Below are positions 32,110 to 35,685 of a stretch of DNA of 35,685 nucleotides, in pieces. The notes beneath the pieces are model-generated. The model saw only the letters and a list, made by a program, of their open reading frames with translations. It was not told the origin of the DNA and made no database searches. The position numbers and the translations under genes were made by a program. This DNA is from Catajapyx aquilonaris (Eukaryota): assembly GCA_000934665.2 (NCBI GenBank), contig JYFJ02004025.1:1-35685 (forward strand), read 5' to 3'. How positions within the stretch are numbered: position 1 is the first letter of the stretch; every line of letters starts with the position of its first letter.

Positions 32110-33663
32110 AACAGTACATTCGCACTTAATTAATGCGAAACCTGATTAATAATTTTTATTGCAATATTTAGTCGCTTCCGGAGGATCAATATCCGAAAAA
32201 TTGCTGAAATAAATATTCATCGTGCTTAGGGCCAAATATTTAATATTTTACTTAACTTACTCATTAAGAATGCAATATGCGCTGAAAGCCAACAGAATTT
32301 CATTTTCATATTGTTTTATGAATGTACAGTACGAACTGGCGATATTAATAATAACAAAAATAATTCCCCAAAAATAATTCCCCCAAAATTCTTTCCAATA
32401 ATATTAATGACACTGAAATAAAAATGATGATAATCTCGTAAAATATATACACAAATTAATTTAAAGGCGCTCTAGAGATGAATTTTTTAAGCGAAATATC
32501 TTAATTATATTTTTGAGCCGAATTAATTTCAGCTGTATTTTTTTTTGAACCGGCTTTTTCATTAACCGTCATATTTACACACAGTATGTCATAGTGCATC
32601 ATCGCCATGTATATACGTAGAGCACTTTAATCTTGCCTCCTAAAAAAATGACGGGCTACTGCACACAGGGATGCCAACCGATTTTTTTTGTGTGTGTAAC
32701 AAACACTCAAGATAAAGCAATTTATCCAACTTAATTTTCCACCAAGGCATATTTGTTCGAGCAAGAGGACATGTGCACATGTGCACTAAGCATGGAATTT
32801 TTTAATTCCCAGCCTCCTCTTCCCATAAAAAAACCAAGCTTAAGCCCATTTTTGGGGGGGTGTTCCCCCCCTAAAATTAATTCGTGCGAAACATTACATT
32901 GCAGGCAAAATTTGCTTTCACGGTAACGCGATTGAGAGGAGTGAGTGGTTAGTACCCACACATACACACACACCCCCATCCTCTCTTTTTTTTAAAAAAA
33001 ACCTACATATAGCCCGAGTACATGCATCAGCATAACGATGAGCCCTGGTTGACAGGCTATTAAAGAGTAATGGGAATTATGAAGTACACGGGGTATACCA
33101 TTACCTCTTTTTTTTCGAAGGGTGGAGGGGTATACTAGAACCACCCCCCCCCCCCCCCNGCCAGTTATTGATGTGACGCCATAATTTTGATCTAGTTTTA
33201 AGCCGTACTCAAAAAAGCTGACATATTAAGGAAAAATTAATTGAATTTATAGCTCCACATTGTTGGGTAGCTGTTACAAGTTACCGGCTAATAATGGATC
33301 AAAAAAAGTTCTCATAACAGTATTATCCGATCCACAACGGGTCAGTAGGTCATAGATATAGAACTAAACTGCTGTTAGCTCTCAAATTAATATTAATTTT
33401 ACTAATACGTAAAAAAACACGGAGATTTCTTCGCAGAAGTTAATTTTAATTGCTAATATCTGAATTAGCAATAATACAACTAATGCGGTATATGAATTCA
33501 TAAAACTAAACCGTATATATGAATTTAAAAATACTATAGACCTAGCTTACATATGAATTCATAGAAATAAAACTAATTACCGTGATAATACTAATAAATC
33601 AAATATCTGAATTAATAGGTCAGCTAATGAAATACCAATACCTGAATTAAAACGACAGACTCG

Positions 33664-33748
33664 AATAAAACTAATACCAGAATTTTAATACTAATAAAAC
33701 TAATACCAGAATTTTAATACTAATAAAACTAATACCAGAATTTTAATA
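33664..33748. repeat. 29-bp tandem repeat x ~3 inside a degenerate ATCTGAATTA/ACTAATA field (~33440-34000)
   Basis: CTAATACCAGAATTTTAATA recurs at 33671, 33700 and 33729. Confidence 0.93.
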
Positions 33749-34728
33749 GGCCTACTAATAAAATTCTTGACTAAATCACTACTAAACTATTACTTGAAAC
33801 AATACTAATGAACCTAATATTAGAATTAATTGTAATAAAAATCTGAATTATAATAGAACAAATCTGAATTAATATGAATAAACTACTGTAATATCTGAAT
33901 TAATATTAAGAGTACTAATATCTGAATTAATATTAAGAGAACTAATACACGAATTGCATTATACAGTATTTTATTAATACCGAAATAATTCAAATGTCCA
34001 AAGAGACAGCGAACTACTGATAACAACTGAATTTGGAATTGAAATTGCCTAATTTTTTTTTGCAGATATTGCACCTGGTGAATATGGAGAAAATTCGCAA
34101 TTCTGCAACTTTCCTCCGAACTTATCAAGTCGCAAATCATGACCCCCGAAGATAATCAAAGCTGTCCTCGCTTCTTCTTCTCTCTCTTTTTTTTCCTTCT
34201 TTTTTTTATTTTACGACTCTATCGTAAAGTAGCGGTGAACTATTGGCATGGAATCGAAGCACGTAGACAGCATTCAGATTTTTCTCATTTTTTTTTTGGT
34301 CTTCCTTCATACCCTATTGTTGAAGTTACGATGCAAGGTCTTGCCATCAGGCAAAAACAACTTCTTTTTTTTAAAGGTTCTTTCCCCAGTATTTTTTTTT
34401 ACACCCCCGGATTCTATCGTGACCTGGGGAGCCCTAATCAAAAGATACATCCCCCTCTCTCCCCTACCTGCCCTACTCTTATGCACTGGCCAATGAAGAT
34501 GGCTTTGTCAGCTCCTCTGGGGATACTTCTCTGCACACTCCTAAACTTTGTAGACACCGTAAAAGTGTCCCCGCCATGACAAGGAAGCTCCAAGCACATT
34601 CGGATAACTGGCTGTCCCGAGGTCCTCTCTGCCCGTAAATTTACGGGACGATGCCAACAACGGACACTGCTCTTTTTTTGGAAAGAAAATTGCTAGTTAG
34701 GCAGTACATTTCGCAAGGGACGTAAAAA

Positions 34729-34765
34729 GTAGTACCATACCCCTCACAGATGTGGCACAAAAGCC
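34729..34765 (+). repeat. Fragment of the ~105-bp dispersed element
   Basis: GTAGTACCATACCCCTC matches the 32005-32109 copy exactly and is followed by GGCACAAAAGCC, which resembles its other end. Confidence 0.65.
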
Positions 34766-34770
34766 ATTAG

Positions 34771-34924
34771 GTCGTCCCAAGAAGAAACACCCTATCTTCA
34801 AAACTAGTAAGGGTGAAAGTCGCCTGCACTAATATCTCCTGGGTCAAGGTGGATTAGTGCCGAGCGTGCACGCGACTTTCACCCTTACTAGTTTTGCAGA
34901 TAGGGTGTTTCTCCTTGGGACGAC
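34771..34924. mobile_element. MITE-like inverted-repeat element (154 bp, ~53-bp arms), no clear TSD
   Basis: GTCGTCCCAAGAAGAAACACCCTATCTTCAAAACTAGTAAGGGTGAAAGTCGC pairs with GCGACTTTCACCCTTACTAGTTTTGCAGATAGGGTGTTTCTCCTTGGGACGAC (2 mismatches). Confidence 0.85.
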
Positions 34925-35685
34925 AAAATGTGAAAATTTAACACAAAATCGCGACATTATTGCGATTCCAATGATCTTGTAGAATGGAAATCAATATTAG
35001 CTAAAAAATTTTTTTTGTTAAAGCGGCTCTTGTCCAGTCGATGTTGAAATCACCGACGCCTGTACCCCTCCGGAAGCATGCAGTGCTTTTCATTCCCGTC
35101 ACCCAGCATAATTGATTTTCAAGCATTAACCTAGCTCCTCCTCCCGGCCAGAAAAATTCGTATGCGAAAAAATTACCGATTGTCTTTTTTTTGGCAAGCC
35201 TGTGAAAAAAATTTCGCACAAAAACGAAACTGTCACATAATGCTGGGAACTGAAATATGGCCCCCTTTTGTACAGTATATGAGGGAAAAATGAACACACT
35301 GATAATGATCACAGTTGCGCCAATTATTGCAAAAAAAATGTTGCATTATAATGTAACAAATTTTTTTAAATTATTGGAGTCAATCAGATTGAAATTTCTT
35401 TCGCCATTTCCTTAGGAAGCTTAATGTTTTTTTTGAGTGAACATCGCGCTCATAATCCCATGTAAATCACTCTAAACGAGTGCTAGCTCGAAACATTTCC
35501 ATTCCACGTTTTTTCCCTCGTATTGATAAGATGTCTATATGTGGAACTCAGAGAGGCTTTTTGCAAGACTTGTGATTTGATGGCATCCGATTGCAATTTC
35601 TTAAGGAGGCCCCAGGATGAGGGGTAGGGGGGAGGGGGGAAATTGAAAAAGTCGAGCAAGATTTGAAAGAGGGTAAAAAATACCT

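Overview
AT-rich, gene-poor eukaryotic DNA, most likely from an arthropod. This is inferred from the repeat types and the spliced gene; the species cannot be determined. One protein-coding gene is well supported: a minus-strand C2H2 zinc-finger gene with 8 fingers and an acidic N-terminus lacking KRAB, ZAD or BTB domains. I model it as two coding exons, 9980-9931 and 9806-8858 (332 aa). Most of the remaining recognisable sequence is small non-autonomous mobile elements and repeats. These are two foldback elements of one family, each with an exact 7-bp target-site duplication (P/Galileo-like), TA-flanked Tc1/mariner-type MITEs, three short Helitron-like elements and three tRNA-derived SINE remnants. 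There is also a ~105-bp dispersed repeat, several long near-perfect palindromes and about ten tandem arrays. A few promoter-like motif clusters and one possible orphan first coding exon are present. I found no transposase, RT, rRNA, intact tRNA or CRISPR array. I see no evidence for a wholly new multi-gene system. The best leads are the 7-bp-TSD foldback family with homogenised arms, the internally duplicated zinc-finger array, and a 35-bp-stem hairpin fused to an E-box/CCAAT minisatellite. Family assignments rest on end structure and recalled consensus features, not database searches.
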